This document shows positions 1 through 9,780 of a stretch of 64,000 nucleotides of DNA, piece by piece; the first letter of the stretch is position 1, and the number at the start of each line of letters is the position of its first letter. The DNA is from Flavobacteriaceae bacterium (GTDB lineage Bacteria; Bacteroidota; Bacteroidia; Flavobacteriales; Flavobacteriaceae). The stretch is from NCBI GenBank assembly GCA_023262185.1, contig JALRDO010000002.1:14044-78043 (forward strand), in the 5' to 3' direction. The position numbers were made by a program, and so were the translations under genes. Below the pieces are notes generated by a model. It did not search any database. It saw only the letters and a program-made list of their open reading frames with translations, and was not told the origin of the DNA.

Positions 1-1
1 C

Positions 2-1213
2 GTATTGCAGCATCAAGGTGCTCAAGATGTATGTATGGTTGTATCTGCCATGGGCAAAACCACCAATGCTATGGAAGAGGTGGTGTCGAGCTACTACAAA
101 GCAAAAAAATCGAATTCCGAGGAATTGATTCCGATTGTCAACGAGTCGCTTAGCCCGGTTAAGTTCTATCATGAGCAGATCATCGATGATCTTTTTGGTT
201 CCTCAGCTGAGGAGGTAAAAGCCAGTGTGGCGGTACTTTTTGAAGAGATGTTTGGGTTTCTAGCCTGGAACAAATCGTTGAATCATTCATTCATCTACGA
301 TCAGATTGTCGGATACGGAGAATTATTGTCAACCACCATTGTTAGCGCATATCTCTCACATCAAGGTATTGCCAATAGATTCATAGATATTCGCCAATAC
401 ATTAAAACGGATAGTTCGTATCGAGACGCCTCGGTGCAATGGGAAGAGACTAACGAGCGTTTAAAGACTCTTTCTTCTTCAAAAGAATTGCTCGTTACTC
501 AAGGGTTTTTAGGGAGTGATTCAAATAATTTCACCACTACACTAGGCCGCGAAGGATCTGATTACACTGCCGCTATCTTGGCCTACGGCTTCGATGCAGA
601 ATCTGTAAGCATCTGGAAGGATGTGCCTGGTGTTCTCAATGCTGATCCACGTGCCTTTAAAAACGCTATTCAGCTGCATCAAATTTCCTATACAGAAGCC
701 ATTGAATTGGCTTTTTATGGGGCTTCGGTGATTCACCCCAAAACGCTTCAGCCTCTTCAACGCAAAGGCATTCCTCTTTACGTAAGAAGCTTTCTAGATC
801 TCGAAAATCAAGGTACTTGTGTTACTGCGGGTTCACCGCTCGTGCCTGAGGTGCCCTGTTATATTGTCAAAAAGAATCAGGTGTTGCTAGAGTTGGCTAC
901 CCAAGATTTCTCTTTTATGGCAGAGCATCATTTAAGTTCTGTGTTTGAGCTAATTTCGAAGTACCGTCTTAAGGTAGATCTGATCCAGAATTCGGCTATT
1001 AGTTTTAGGGTTTGTCTGGATAATCGCTTCGATCAATTTGATGCCCTTACTCAAGAATTAGAAGATCAGTACGCGATGAAGTTTCAGAAAGGAGTATCAC
1101 TCTACACCATCCGACATTTTGATGAAAAGGCCTACGAGGCATTACCCAAAGAATCTAAAATAGTTTTGGAACAACGCACAGGAGAAACCCTACAGATTGT
1201 GGCCGGAGAATAA
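2..1213 (+). CDS. lysC: aspartate kinase (N-terminus lies outside the window)
   Basis: Frame is open to the window edge. Kinase motifs VVSAMGKTTN and TLGREGSDYTAA, with a C-terminal ACT-like region. Confidence 0.85.
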   Translation, partial: VLQHQGAQDVCMVVSAMGKTTNAMEEVVSSYYKAKKSNSEELIPIVNESLSPVKFYHEQIIDDLFGSSAEEVKASVAVLFEEMFGFLAWNKSLNHSFIYDQIVGYGELLSTTIVSAYLSHQGIANRFIDIRQYIKTDSSYRDASVQWEETNERLKTLSSSKELLVTQGFLGSDSNNFTTTLGREGSDYTAAILAYGFDAESVSIWKDVPGVLNADPRAFKNAIQLHQISYTEAIELAFYGASVIHPKTLQPLQRKGIPLYVRSFLDLENQGTCVTAGSPLVPEVPCYIVKKNQVLLELATQDFSFMAEHHLSSVFELISKYRLKVDLIQNSAISFRVCLDNRFDQFDALTQELEDQYAMKFQKGVSLYTIRHFDEKAYEALPKESKIVLEQRTGETLQIVAGE

Positions 1214-1415
1214 GGAGGAGTGTGTTTGTTTGGAAGGTCTTAAAAAGAGCAGAAGGCCAACAAATATCATAAAAATGATACCAAACAAACCCAATTTAAA
1301 GCTGACCTTCTGTTGCCCTTTTAAGTTCTTCTATTGGTAAACCCAAAAAAACCACTAGGTTAAAAAATCGTTAACAAAGGTAAGCATATAATCCCGGATT
1401 TCTTGTTGTGATTTT

Positions 1416-2351
1416 CTACAACCTGGCAATTTTATCAAGGACTGTTTTTGCTAGGAGATAATGGCTATCGTGTGTCCATCCAGCGATGTGAGGACTCAGC
1501 AGAACATCATCACGCTTCAGGAGCGCTTTGAGTTCTTCGGGAGTGTTTTCTTGGTCAAAGAGTGCGGTGAATGCTTTGTTTTCGTATTCGAGAACGTCTA
1601 GTGCGGCGCCTCTAATCTTTCCACTATCTAACCCTTTCAAGAGGGCGCGGGTATCCACGGCGCTCCCTCTAGCGGTGTTGATGAGCCAGAAAGGCTTTTG
1701 CATAGTTTCAATAAAATTGTCATCAATAAGGTGAATAGTTTGACGGGTCTGAGGGGTATGCAGACTCACTACATCTACCTTTCCTGAAAAATCCTTCCAA
1801 TTGACTTGACGAGCGTTTTCATTCTCCACGCCTTCAAGAATATCATGGCAAAGTACTTCGCAGTCGAACCCTGAGAGGCGTTTGGCAAACTGCTTTCCCA
1901 TATAACCATATCCAATAATACCCACGGTGAGGTTTGAAAGTTCAATGCCCCGGTTCTCAGCCCTTTTCCATACTCCTGTGCGGACTTCTTGATCTGCTCT
2001 TCTGAGGTTGTTGAGCAAGCTCAAAAGCATTCCGAGGGCATGCTCTGCAACGGCATTGCGATTGCCTTCGGGTGCCGAGACGATCGCTATCTGTTGTTCA
2101 GCAGCGGCCTCAAGGTCTATGTTTTCAAGCCCGGCCCCAATGCGACCAATGAACTGCAGTTGCTCTGCCCTTTGTAAAAGCGCACGATCTATAGGGATAC
2201 GAGATCGAATAATGAGGCCTGTGTAGTCGCCTATCTTCTCTAAAAGCGATGCGTATGAAGAGGTATAGTCTGCTTCGTTATGGTAGTTCAGTGCTTCAAG
2301 CCCATTCCAAAGCACCTCGTGATTTTCGTCGAGATGCAGCACCTTTCTCAT
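1416..2351 (-). CDS. D-isomer-specific 2-hydroxyacid dehydrogenase family protein (phosphoglycerate dehydrogenase-like)
   Basis: NAD-binding GIIGYGYMGKQFAKR, NTARG, and catalytic-His region SPHIAGWT. 4-nt overlap with mgtE. Confidence 0.75.
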   Translation of the reverse strand: MRKVLHLDENHEVLWNGLEALNYHNEADYTSSYASLLEKIGDYTGLIIRSRIPIDRALLQRAEQLQFIGRIGAGLENIDLEAAAEQQIAIVSAPEGNRNAVAEHALGMLLSLLNNLRRADQEVRTGVWKRAENRGIELSNLTVGIIGYGYMGKQFAKRLSGFDCEVLCHDILEGVENENARQVNWKDFSGKVDVVSLHTPQTRQTIHLIDDNFIETMQKPFWLINTARGSAVDTRALLKGLDSGKIRGAALDVLEYENKAFTALFDQENTPEELKALLKRDDVLLSPHIAGWTHDSHYLLAKTVLDKIARL

Positions 2352-3706
2352 AGTCCTAAGATCAATTTTGCAATCCAGAAATAGATGAGGATTCCGAAGA
2401 TGTCATTGCTTGTGGTGATGAAAGGTCCGGTGGCTACTGCAGGGTCAATTCCACGTTTGTTTAAAAAAAGAGGTATGAAGGTTCCGATGAGACCGGCAAT
2501 GATGATCACGGCGATTAAGGATAGAGAAACGGCAGAAGCGGTCAGCAACTCGCCCTTCCATAACCATGTACTTAGGAACAAAAGAACAGCCAAAATCAGC
2601 CCGTTGAGGAGTGAGAGAAACAATTCTTTCGAGAGTCTTGCCCCAATACTTCCCTTGATGTCGTCGTTAGCGATACCCTGAACAATGATGGCACTAGATT
2701 GCACCCCTACATTTCCGGCCATCGCCGCGATTAGTGGAGTAAAGAAAAACAAAATGGCGTGCTCACTGATGATTGACTCGAATGTTCCCATGATAAATGC
2801 GGCTCCTAATCCTCCAATCAAGCCTACAATAAGCCACGGCAAGCGTGCGCGAGTAAGATCTAAGATACTGTCGTCGGCATAGACGTCTTGCGTAATACCT
2901 GCCATCTGCTGATAGTCTTTATCTGCCTCTTCTTTGATCACGTCCACAATATCATCAATGGTGATACGGCCCACTAAACGCTTCATTTCGTCAACTACAG
3001 GAATGGCCTCAAGATCGTATTTTGCCATAATCTTTGCTACCTCTTCAGGGTCTTCATTGACACTGACGTAATCTACCTTAGGAATGTAAACATCCTTGAT
3101 GTGTGCATTGTTAGGACTGATTAGTAAATCTTTTAATGAGAGTCTCCCTTTTAGGATGTTCTCATTGTCTACTACATAAATCGAATGCACACGGGTAACG
3201 TATTCGGCCTGTGCTCTCATCTCTCGAACGCAAGTGGTCACCGTCCAATTCTCATTTACTTTAATGAGCTCCTTAGCCATCAGTCCACCCGCTGAGTTCT
3301 CATCGTAGCGTAAGAGTTCAATGATTTCGGCAGCATGTTCACGGTCTTCAATTTCAGAGATTACCTCTTGTGCTAACTCTGAAGGGAGTTCTGTGATGAT
3401 ATCGGCAGCGTCATCGGTGTCCAATTCTGCAAGCTCTGATGCGATTTCGACTGGACTTAATTCGCTGAGTATCTCTTCACGTAAGTCTTCGTCTAACTCT
3501 GTCAAAACATCACCCGTGCGTTCAGAATCGAGTGTACGGATTAAGAATAAGGCTTCTTCGAGTTGAAGTTCATTCGCAATCTCTGCAATATCGGCGTAGT
3601 GAAAGTCGTTGAAAAATTCTTGGAGCGCCGCTGTATTTTGAGCCCCAATCAACGATCTGATCTCGTCTAGAGTTTCTTGGGTGAGTTTAAAGGGCTCCAT
3701 GTTCAA
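2348..3706 (-). CDS. mgtE: magnesium transporter MgtE
   Basis: Acidic MgtE N-domain, a CBS pair, and a C-terminal 5-TM domain ending PFITTSNDIFG. Confidence 0.9.
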   Translation of the reverse strand: MNMEPFKLTQETLDEIRSLIGAQNTAALQEFFNDFHYADIAEIANELQLEEALFLIRTLDSERTGDVLTELDEDLREEILSELSPVEIASELAELDTDDAADIITELPSELAQEVISEIEDREHAAEIIELLRYDENSAGGLMAKELIKVNENWTVTTCVREMRAQAEYVTRVHSIYVVDNENILKGRLSLKDLLISPNNAHIKDVYIPKVDYVSVNEDPEEVAKIMAKYDLEAIPVVDEMKRLVGRITIDDIVDVIKEEADKDYQQMAGITQDVYADDSILDLTRARLPWLIVGLIGGLGAAFIMGTFESIISEHAILFFFTPLIAAMAGNVGVQSSAIIVQGIANDDIKGSIGARLSKELFLSLLNGLILAVLLFLSTWLWKGELLTASAVSLSLIAVIIIAGLIGTFIPLFLNKRGIDPAVATGPFITTSNDIFGILIYFWIAKLILGL

Positions 3707-4499
3707 TGCGTGTGCTAAGTTCTACAAACGCGTCCACAGCAAGCTGTTCGGGTCGCAGATCAAAGATAGCATCTTCTGTAAGACTTAATGGAATATTAAG
3801 ACCTTTTAGACTATTTCTCAGGGTCTTGCGCCTTTGGTTGAAGGCTGTCTTTACCACCAGTTTTAAGGTGTTATAGCTACAAGACAATTCTGTGGCGCTT
3901 TTTCGCTTAAGAACGATCACTCCTGACTGTACTTTTGGTGGCGGATTAAAGACTTCAGGATGAACGGTAAAGTCATAGTGAGCCTCGTAATAGGCTTGAA
4001 CGAGTACGCTCAATATGCCATAGGTTTTAGAATCTGGTTTCTCGCAGATCCGCATGGCTACCTCTTTTTGAAACATGCCGGTAAATTCGAGTACGCGGTT
4101 TCTGTGTTCGAGCATTTTAAAAACGATCTGTGAAGAGATGTTGTAAGGATAGTTGCCCGTAATAGCGATGGGAAGACCGGGAAATATAGTGTCTAAATCC
4201 AATTTTAGAATATCGGCATAACGGACATTTAAGTTGGACGGCTCATGCGTGTTTTTGAATGTAGTATTTAAGTAGGCAATAGATTCTTCGTCTAAATCTA
4301 TGGCTTCAAGCTCAATAGGCTTTTGGATAAGGAATTTAGTTAACACCCCTGTTCCTGGTCCGATTTCAATGACATGCTTATAGCCTTCAAGACTCAAGGT
4401 GTTGGCAATACGTTCAGCGATGGCGTCACTGGTTAAGAAATGCTGGCCTAGTTGTTTTTTTGGACGAACTCCGTCAGAAGATTTGTGTCTTCCGCTCAC
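3687..4499 (-). CDS. rsmA: 16S rRNA (adenine1518/1519-N6)-dimethyltransferase
   Basis: LGQHFL and the SAM motif EIGPGTGVLT. Length is typical of KsgA. Confidence 0.9.
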   Translation of the reverse strand: MSGRHKSSDGVRPKKQLGQHFLTSDAIAERIANTLSLEGYKHVIEIGPGTGVLTKFLIQKPIELEAIDLDEESIAYLNTTFKNTHEPSNLNVRYADILKLDLDTIFPGLPIAITGNYPYNISSQIVFKMLEHRNRVLEFTGMFQKEVAMRICEKPDSKTYGILSVLVQAYYEAHYDFTVHPEVFNPPPKVQSGVIVLKRKSATELSCSYNTLKLVVKTAFNQRRKTLRNSLKGLNIPLSLTEDAIFDLRPEQLAVDAFVELSTRIEHGAL

Positions 4500-4825
4500 G
4501 ACGGAGGATTTAATTGGGCCCGTCCGATGAGCTCAAGCTCTGTGGTAAAGGTCAGGGCCTTGGTGCCGAATAGGTCGTGAAGTTGACGCTCAAAACGAGG
4601 ATGCTCTTCAGCTAAAAAATGATCCAAGGTGGCTTTATTAGGGCAGAGGTATTGCACCGAAAAATTTAGTCCGTCTTCTTTTTGTTCAGACAATATTCGG
4701 GTAAATGTAGCTTCTCTGAACTTTCCGGTTGAGAGCATCATTGGAATATGGGTCTCACGCATATGCGCCACCCATTCTTTTTCAATGTGTTTGTCTATAT
4801 GCGTGGTGACGTTGTAAATAACCAT
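4496..4825 (-). CDS. small conserved protein, probably DUF4286 family
   Basis: 109 aa with N-terminus MVIYNVT..EW..HM...HIP.ML.TGKF, which I recall from Bacteroidota DUF4286 proteins. Translationally coupled to rsmA. Confidence 0.55.
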   Translation of the reverse strand: MVIYNVTTHIDKHIEKEWVAHMRETHIPMMLSTGKFREATFTRILSEQKEDGLNFSVQYLCPNKATLDHFLAEEHPRFERQLHDLFGTKALTFTTELELIGRAQLNPPS

Positions 4826-4827
4826 CC

Positions 4828-6099
4828 TTAATCAATGCGCTCAAAATGGGTGTAGGGTACTAATGCCTTTGGAATATAAATCCCATCAGGTGTTTGATGG
4901 TTTTCAAGTAAGGCGGCCAGAACCCTTGGCAGTGCTAGCGCACTTCCGTTTAGGGTGTGTGCTAGGGCTTTCTTTCCGTGATTGTCTTTGATTCTAAGCT
5001 TTAAGCGATTTGCCTGGAAGGTTTCAAAGTTTGAAACCGAGCTGATTTCTAGCCATCTTTTTTGCGCTGCCGAATAGACCTCAAAGTCATAGGTTAGCGC
5101 AGAGGTAAACCCTAGGTCTCCACCGCACAATTGCAAAATGCGGTAAGGAAGTTCAAGGGCTTTAAGTATGGTTTTGACATGTTCGACCATTCCCTCTAGG
5201 GCTTGGTATGAATTTTCAGGTTTCTCTACGCGCACGATCTCTACCTTGTCGAATTGATGCAAGCGATTCAATCCGCGCACGTCAGAGCCGTAGCTTCCGG
5301 CTTCGCGGCGGAAACAAGGCGTATAAGCAGTCATAGCAATAGGAAGGTCGGATTCATTGAGCATGACATCCCTCAAAATATTCGTTACAGGGACCTCAGC
5401 AGTCGGGATAAGGTAAAGGTCGTCGTTGGTGATGTGGTACATCTGACCTTCTTTGTCTGGTAATTGACCCGTACCGTAGCCTGATGCCGCATTTACCACA
5501 TGAGGAGGTTGAATTTCTTGATATCCGGCCTCTATGTTCTTGTCTAAGAAAAAGCTTATGAGCGCTCGTTGTAAGCGCGCGCCTTTGCCTTTATATACTG
5601 GAAATCCAGCACCTGCGATTTTCACCCCTAATTCAAAATCGATCAAGTCGTATTTCTTAGCCAATTCCCAATGCGGAAGTGCCTCTTGATCCAATTCAGG
5701 GAGTTCAGCTGCGCTGAAAACTTCTTTGTTATCCGTTTCGTTTTTTCCCGAAGGAACTGATTCGTGTGGGGTGTTTGGAAGGTGATACAAGGCATCCGTT
5801 AACGCCTCGGCCTTTTCGTTCAGCTCTTCTTGAAGCACTTTAGAGCGCTCTTTGAGGTCGGCTGTTTTTGCTTTTAGCGCTTCGGCTTCGACACCTTTTC
5901 CGGCCTTAAAGAGCATACCTATCTCTTTCGCCAAGTGGTTCGCTTCGGCTAAAACAGTATCTAGCTCTGCTTGAAGTGATCGGCGCGATTCGTCTAATGC
6001 AAGTAATGCATCGATTGATTCAGCGGCATCAAGCCCTCTTTTTTTAAGAGCGGCCACCACTGTTTCTTTAGACTCGCGTAGGGTGTGAAGTTCAAGCAT
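4828..6099 (-). CDS. serS: seryl-tRNA synthetase
   Basis: N-terminal coiled-coil arm and class II motifs (FRRE, TAEVP, GSALA). Confidence 0.95.
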   Translation of the reverse strand: MLELHTLRESKETVVAALKKRGLDAAESIDALLALDESRRSLQAELDTVLAEANHLAKEIGMLFKAGKGVEAEALKAKTADLKERSKVLQEELNEKAEALTDALYHLPNTPHESVPSGKNETDNKEVFSAAELPELDQEALPHWELAKKYDLIDFELGVKIAGAGFPVYKGKGARLQRALISFFLDKNIEAGYQEIQPPHVVNAASGYGTGQLPDKEGQMYHITNDDLYLIPTAEVPVTNILRDVMLNESDLPIAMTAYTPCFRREAGSYGSDVRGLNRLHQFDKVEIVRVEKPENSYQALEGMVEHVKTILKALELPYRILQLCGGDLGFTSALTYDFEVYSAAQKRWLEISSVSNFETFQANRLKLRIKDNHGKKALAHTLNGSALALPRVLAALLENHQTPDGIYIPKALVPYTHFERID

Positions 6100-6130
6100 G
6101 AATTAAAATTTGCAGCAAAAGTAGAAAAAC

Positions 6131-7078
6131 CTAAGAAAGAAGCCCTTCTTTGAAGTACTTAAGCGTCATGGATTTATCCTCTTTGAGTTGAGCGCTTAGT
6201 GCTTCTAAGGATTCAAAACGCTTTTCGCTGCGAAGACGCTTGTGAAAAGAAACGCTTATGCGCCTGTTGTATAGGTCTGAATCGAAATCAAGGAGATGCA
6301 CCTCAGCGTGTAATCCTCCTTGATTAACCGTGGGATTGATGCCGATATTCATCATTCCTTTTACCGATTTTCCGTCAAGATTGGCGCTTATAATGTAAAC
6401 GCCGTTTGCCGGCAGTAGTTTCTTTGGATCGATCTGCTCAAGATTTGCAGTCGGAAATCCTAGTGTTTTACCTAAACCCTTACCTCTTGAAACAGTACCG
6501 CTTATACCGTAGTGGTAACCGAGGTACTGATTGGCTTTGTGAACCACACCTTCAGATAGCGCGTTTCTAATTTTAGTGGAGCTCACCGCTACATCATCAA
6601 TGTCTTGTGCTTCGATTTCGGTTACTTTAAAATCAAAGCGCTTAGCGAAATAATAAAGGTCTACTATATCTGCCTCTCGGTTGCGACCAAAACGATGATC
6701 GTATCCTACGATGAGGTGCTTGACTTTTAATTTTGAGACTAAGACGTCTTCTACATATTCGCGTGCGGTAAGCCTTGAGAATTCTTTAGAAAAAGGGTGC
6801 ACCACCATGCTTTGAAGCCCCAGAGATTGCAGTCGATTGGCCTTCTCTTCTTGGGTGGTAAGCAACTTGATATTCGTGTCTTTTTGCAATACCTCTCTAG
6901 GATGGGGTGAGAAGGTGAGGAGACAAGAATATAGGTGTTCTTTTGTGGCGATTTGAACTACCTGCTCAATGATTTTTTGGTGGCCAATATGTACACCGTC
7001 GAAGGTTCCGATCGTTAATACGGTTCCTTTAGTGCTCGTAAAGTCATTGATTTGGTCGAATCTCTCCATCAATTGCAA
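6131..7078 (-). CDS. ribF: bifunctional riboflavin kinase / FAD synthetase
   Basis: GTFDGVHIGHQ nucleotidyltransferase motif and a C-terminal riboflavin kinase domain (PTANL). Confidence 0.9.
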   Translation of the reverse strand: MQLMERFDQINDFTSTKGTVLTIGTFDGVHIGHQKIIEQVVQIATKEHLYSCLLTFSPHPREVLQKDTNIKLLTTQEEKANRLQSLGLQSMVVHPFSKEFSRLTAREYVEDVLVSKLKVKHLIVGYDHRFGRNREADIVDLYYFAKRFDFKVTEIEAQDIDDVAVSSTKIRNALSEGVVHKANQYLGYHYGISGTVSRGKGLGKTLGFPTANLEQIDPKKLLPANGVYIISANLDGKSVKGMMNIGINPTVNQGGLHAEVHLLDFDSDLYNRRISVSFHKRLRSEKRFESLEALSAQLKEDKSMTLKYFKEGLLS

Positions 7079-7086
7079 GACGTCAA

Positions 7087-7653
7087 CTAGGTATTATTAT
7101 ATGTGTTCATGGTTGCCTCTAGGCCATTAAAGGAAAAGGTTTTAATAGCTTCGCTCGCTTTAGCGAGTCGTTCACCGAGTTGCTCTTCTTCTGCTGAATC
7201 CCAACTTCCGAGAACATAGTCGACCTGTTGCCCTTTAGAAAAGTCTGCCCCAATGCCGAATCTAAAACGCGGATAGTTAGTGGTGCCTAAACGTGCTTGA
7301 ATATCCTTTAAGCCGTTATGCCCACCATCACTTCCTTTTGCCTTGATTCGGAGGGTGCCAAATGGGAGATTCAAATCATCAGTTACGATGAGCAATCCAT
7401 CGAGGCCTATTTTCTCTTGTTGCATCCAATAACTCACGGCCTTTCCGCTGAGGTTCATATAGGTGTTCGGCTTTAATAAATAGAGTTCGCGGCCCTTATA
7501 ACGCACTTTTGAAAGACTTCCGTGTTTCACCTCTTCATAGCTTCCCGCTAGATCTGTATTTAGGGTGTCAACGATCTTAAAGCCGATATTGTGTCGCGTC
7601 TCTTCGTATTCTGTACCGATGTTTCCTAAACCGACTATGAGGAACTTTTTCAT
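7087..7653 (-). CDS. pth: peptidyl-tRNA hydrolase
   Basis: VGLGNIGTEYEETRHNIGF and GHNGLKDI motifs. Confidence 0.95.
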   Translation of the reverse strand: MKKFLIVGLGNIGTEYEETRHNIGFKIVDTLNTDLAGSYEEVKHGSLSKVRYKGRELYLLKPNTYMNLSGKAVSYWMQQEKIGLDGLLIVTDDLNLPFGTLRIKAKGSDGGHNGLKDIQARLGTTNYPRFRFGIGADFSKGQQVDYVLGSWDSAEEEQLGERLAKASEAIKTFSFNGLEATMNTYNNT

Positions 7654-7692
7654 GAGCTAGATTGCAATGACTAGAAGTCAAAGCAAATTTAG

Positions 7693-7729
7693 AAAAAAGA
7701 CTAGCCCCCTTTTAAAGGGGGCTAGTCTT
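7693..7729 (-). terminator. intrinsic terminator after rplY
   Basis: 13-bp perfect stem aagactagccccc/gggggctagtctt, followed on the minus strand by a T-run. Confidence 0.8.
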
Positions 7730-7759
7730 GCGTTAGTCAAATATAAAGTCTGACTGTTT

Positions 7760-8416
7760 TTATTCAGCCGCTTCAGAAGTTTCTTCAGCAGCAGCACCTT
7801 CTGCGGCACCTTCTGCGCCTTCTGCAGCACCTTCTGCACCTTCTGCAGTTTCTTCCTCTTCTTCAACAGCATTTCTAGAAGTTTTAACCTGAACGATAGA
7901 AGTGTTATCTGGATGCATAAAGGTGTATTCTTCTGAAAGCACATCCCCAACTGAAATGGTGCCTCCGATACGAAGCTTCGAAATATCAACATTAATGACA
8001 TCCGGAAGGTTGGCCGGAAGAGCCTTGACTGTAAGCTTTCTGTTTCTAAACATCAAGCGTCCTCCATTCATCACCCCAGGAGCATTTCCGTTTAATTTAA
8101 CAGGAATGTTCATGGTTACAGGCTTGTCTTCAAATAATTGATAGAAGTCAATGTGTAGGATTTTGTCGGTAACCGGGTGAAATTGAATGTCTTGAAGTAC
8201 CGCCTCAAAACGTCCTCCATCATTAAGCTCAATTACCACAGTGTGTGCATTAGCAGTGTACACTAGGGATTTGAAGCTTTTTTCTTCTGCCATAAAATGA
8301 ATTGGCGCATCCCCCCCGTAAAGCACGCAAGGGACCATTTCAGCATTACGTAGGGCCTTACTAGCCTTCTTGCCCACGCTTTCTCTTTTAGATCCTTTGA
8401 TTGTAATTGATTGCAT
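7760..8416 (-). CDS. rplY: 50S ribosomal protein L25 / general stress protein Ctc, with acidic Ala/Glu tail
   Basis: An N-terminal L25 domain and a Ctc-type beta domain. The tail is [34 protein letters not shown]. Confidence 0.9.
   Translation of the reverse strand: MQSITIKGSKRESVGKKASKALRNAEMVPCVLYGGDAPIHFMAEEKSFKSLVYTANAHTVVIELNDGGRFEAVLQDIQFHPVTDKILHIDFYQLFEDKPVTMNIPVKLNGNAPGVMNGGRLMFRNRKLTVKALPANLPDVINVDISKLRIGGTISVGDVLSEEYTFMHPDNTSIVQVKTSRNAVEEEEETAEGAEGAAEGAEGAAEGAAAEETSEAAE
7791..7848 (-). repeat. in-frame short tandem repeat (about 5 units of gcaccttctgc-like sequence) encoding the AEG(A) repeats of the L25 tail
   Basis: Direct reading: gcaccttctgcg gcaccttctgc gccttctgca gcaccttctgc accttctgca. 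Confidence 0.8.
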
Positions 8417-8425
8417 GTATAAAAA

Positions 8426-9367
8426 TTAAAGTATAAACTTTGATGAGATCGAGGTATTGTTGTGCACACGATGCATCACATCGGCAAATAATTCAGCACA
8501 ACCAAGTACCTTAATCTTCTCTGATTCGTGTTTTTTGTCAATCGAGTCTGTAATGATTAACTCACTCAATTTCGATTGTTCTATTTTTTTGTAGGCATCG
8601 CCGGATAGAATTCCGTGGGTTGTAATCGCTCTAACACTCAATGCTCCTCTCTCAATCATGAGGTCGGCTGCACGAGTCAGCGTACCAGCGGTATCTACCA
8701 TGTCGTCTACGAGCACTACGTTCTTTCCTTCAACTTCACCAATGAGTTCCATATGGGTGACTACATTGGCTTTTTCTCTCTGCTTGTAACAAATAACCAC
8801 ATCAGATTCTAGTGCCTTTGAATACATGTACGCGCGTTTAGAACCACCCATGTCAGGTGAAGCCATGCATAAGTTGGGCAAGTTTAGATTCTTGATGTAA
8901 GGCAGAAATATAGTTGAGGCAAAAAGATGGTCAACAGGTTTCTCAAAAAAGCCTTGGATCTGGTCTGCGTGAAGATCCATGGTGATGATACGCGTTGCCC
9001 CAGCGGTCTCGAGCATCTTGGCAACAAGTTTTGCTGCGATCGGAACTCTTGGCTTGTCTTTGCGGTCTTGTCGAGCCCACCCAAAGTAAGGCATAACTGC
9101 CGTAATGTGCCTCGCTGAAGCGCGTTTTGCGGCATCAAGCATCAACAACATTTCCATCAAATTTTCTGAGCTCGGATTGGTAGATCCGATAATGAAAACG
9201 CGTGTGCCTCGAACCGACTCTTCAAAGCTGGGCTGAAATTCACCGTCTGAATATCTAGAAAAATTCACCTTACCTAAAGGCATACCGTAGGCCTCTGCAA
9301 TGCGCTCTGCTAGAGCAGTACTCTGCGTACAGGCAAAAATCTTCGGGGTGAGTGTAGTGTTAGACAT
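8426..9367 (-). CDS. prs: ribose-phosphate pyrophosphokinase
   Basis: DLHADQIQGFF and the PRPP loop VLVDDMVDTAGT. Confidence 0.95.
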   Translation of the reverse strand: MSNTTLTPKIFACTQSTALAERIAEAYGMPLGKVNFSRYSDGEFQPSFEESVRGTRVFIIGSTNPSSENLMEMLLMLDAAKRASARHITAVMPYFGWARQDRKDKPRVPIAAKLVAKMLETAGATRIITMDLHADQIQGFFEKPVDHLFASTIFLPYIKNLNLPNLCMASPDMGGSKRAYMYSKALESDVVICYKQREKANVVTHMELIGEVEGKNVVLVDDMVDTAGTLTRAADLMIERGALSVRAITTHGILSGDAYKKIEQSKLSELIITDSIDKKHESEKIKVLGCAELFADVMHRVHNNTSISSKFIL

Positions 9368-9394
9368 GCGAATCGCCTCATTTTAAGAGAGGTG

Positions 9395-9402
9395 CAAATT
9401 TA
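9395..9402 (-). promoter_or_regulatory. Bacteroidota-type -7 promoter box TAAATTTG for the prs-rplY-pth unit
   Basis: Exact TAnnTTTG match on the minus strand, 28 nt before the prs start. Confidence 0.55.
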
Positions 9403-9467
9403 AATAAATAATTCACCTACCCATCATACCTACTTAAAAAACCAGCCGTTAAACACAAAATATTTAC

Positions 9468-9475
9468 TAATTTTG
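9468..9475 (+). promoter_or_regulatory. -7 promoter box TAATTTTG for tRNA-Leu(CAA)
   Basis: Exact TAnnTTTG match, 10 nt before the mature tRNA 5' end. Confidence 0.6.
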
Positions 9476-9485
9476 CCGTCCACTT

Positions 9486-9567
9486 GCCTTGGTGGCGGAA
9501 TTGGTAGACGCGCTGGATTCAAAATCCAGTTTCTTCGGAAGTGTGGGTTCGATTCCCACCCAAGGTA
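9486..9567 (+). tRNA. tRNA-Leu (anticodon CAA), type II with long variable arm, CCA not encoded
   Basis: Folded by hand. Acceptor gccttgg/ccaaggt, anticodon stem ctgga/tccag with loop ttCAAaa, T arm gtggg-ttcgatt-cccac. Confidence 0.9.
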
Positions 9568-9586
9568 CAAATAAGCAGATTCAAGT

Positions 9587-9605
9587 CAGCCCGCAGGGCT
9601 GTTTT
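9587..9605 (+). terminator. hairpin plus T-run after tRNA-Leu
   Basis: cagccc-gca-gggctg followed by tttt. Confidence 0.6.
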
Positions 9606-9617
9606 GATAAAAGAATC

Positions 9618-9658
9618 AAAGCCCATCAAGCCCTGCTTGTTTGGGCTTTTGTTTTTTT
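9618..9658 (+). terminator. second hairpin plus long T-run
   Basis: aaagccca ... tgggcttt stem enclosing an inner hairpin, followed by ttttgttttttt. Confidence 0.55.
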
Positions 9659-9706
9659 ATCAAATGCACAGGCATAGCCTGTGTTCTTGAAGCTATTTTC
9701 AACATG

Positions 9707-9750
9707 TTCGCAGTGGGAACATTGGCCGCAAGGTCAATGATCTCCCACCC
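9707..9750. repeat. 44-bp hairpin element, copy 1 (GCAA loop)
   Basis: Identical to 9781-9824 except for one base. Folds as a 6-bp plus 8-bp stem with a tetraloop. Confidence 0.85.
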
Positions 9751-9780
9751 AATTTAGGAAGGGTAGAGGTTGTTTTAGGT

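Noticed and set aside
1190-1294. Small hydrophobic ORF (27 aa from ATG, about 35 aa from TTG: ...GLFGIIFMIFVGLLLFLRPSKQ...) antisense to the lysC 3' end, within a region rich in inverted repeats (gtttgtttgg / ccaaacaaac, aaggtc / gacctt).
   Set aside because: There is no promoter box, homology or conservation evidence available. AT-rich terminator regions often give such hydrophobic reading frames. It is worth a look only if ribosome profiling data exist.
9486-9567. The tRNA genes (Leu 9486, Asp 25668, Leu 40834) considered as integration sites of genomic islands.
   Set aside because: No integrase, excisionase or duplicated tRNA 3' fragment flanks any of the three. The neighbouring genes are housekeeping.
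9489-9677. 62-aa plus-strand ORF.
   Set aside because: It is read straight through tRNA-Leu(CAA) and its terminator hairpins, so it is not coding.
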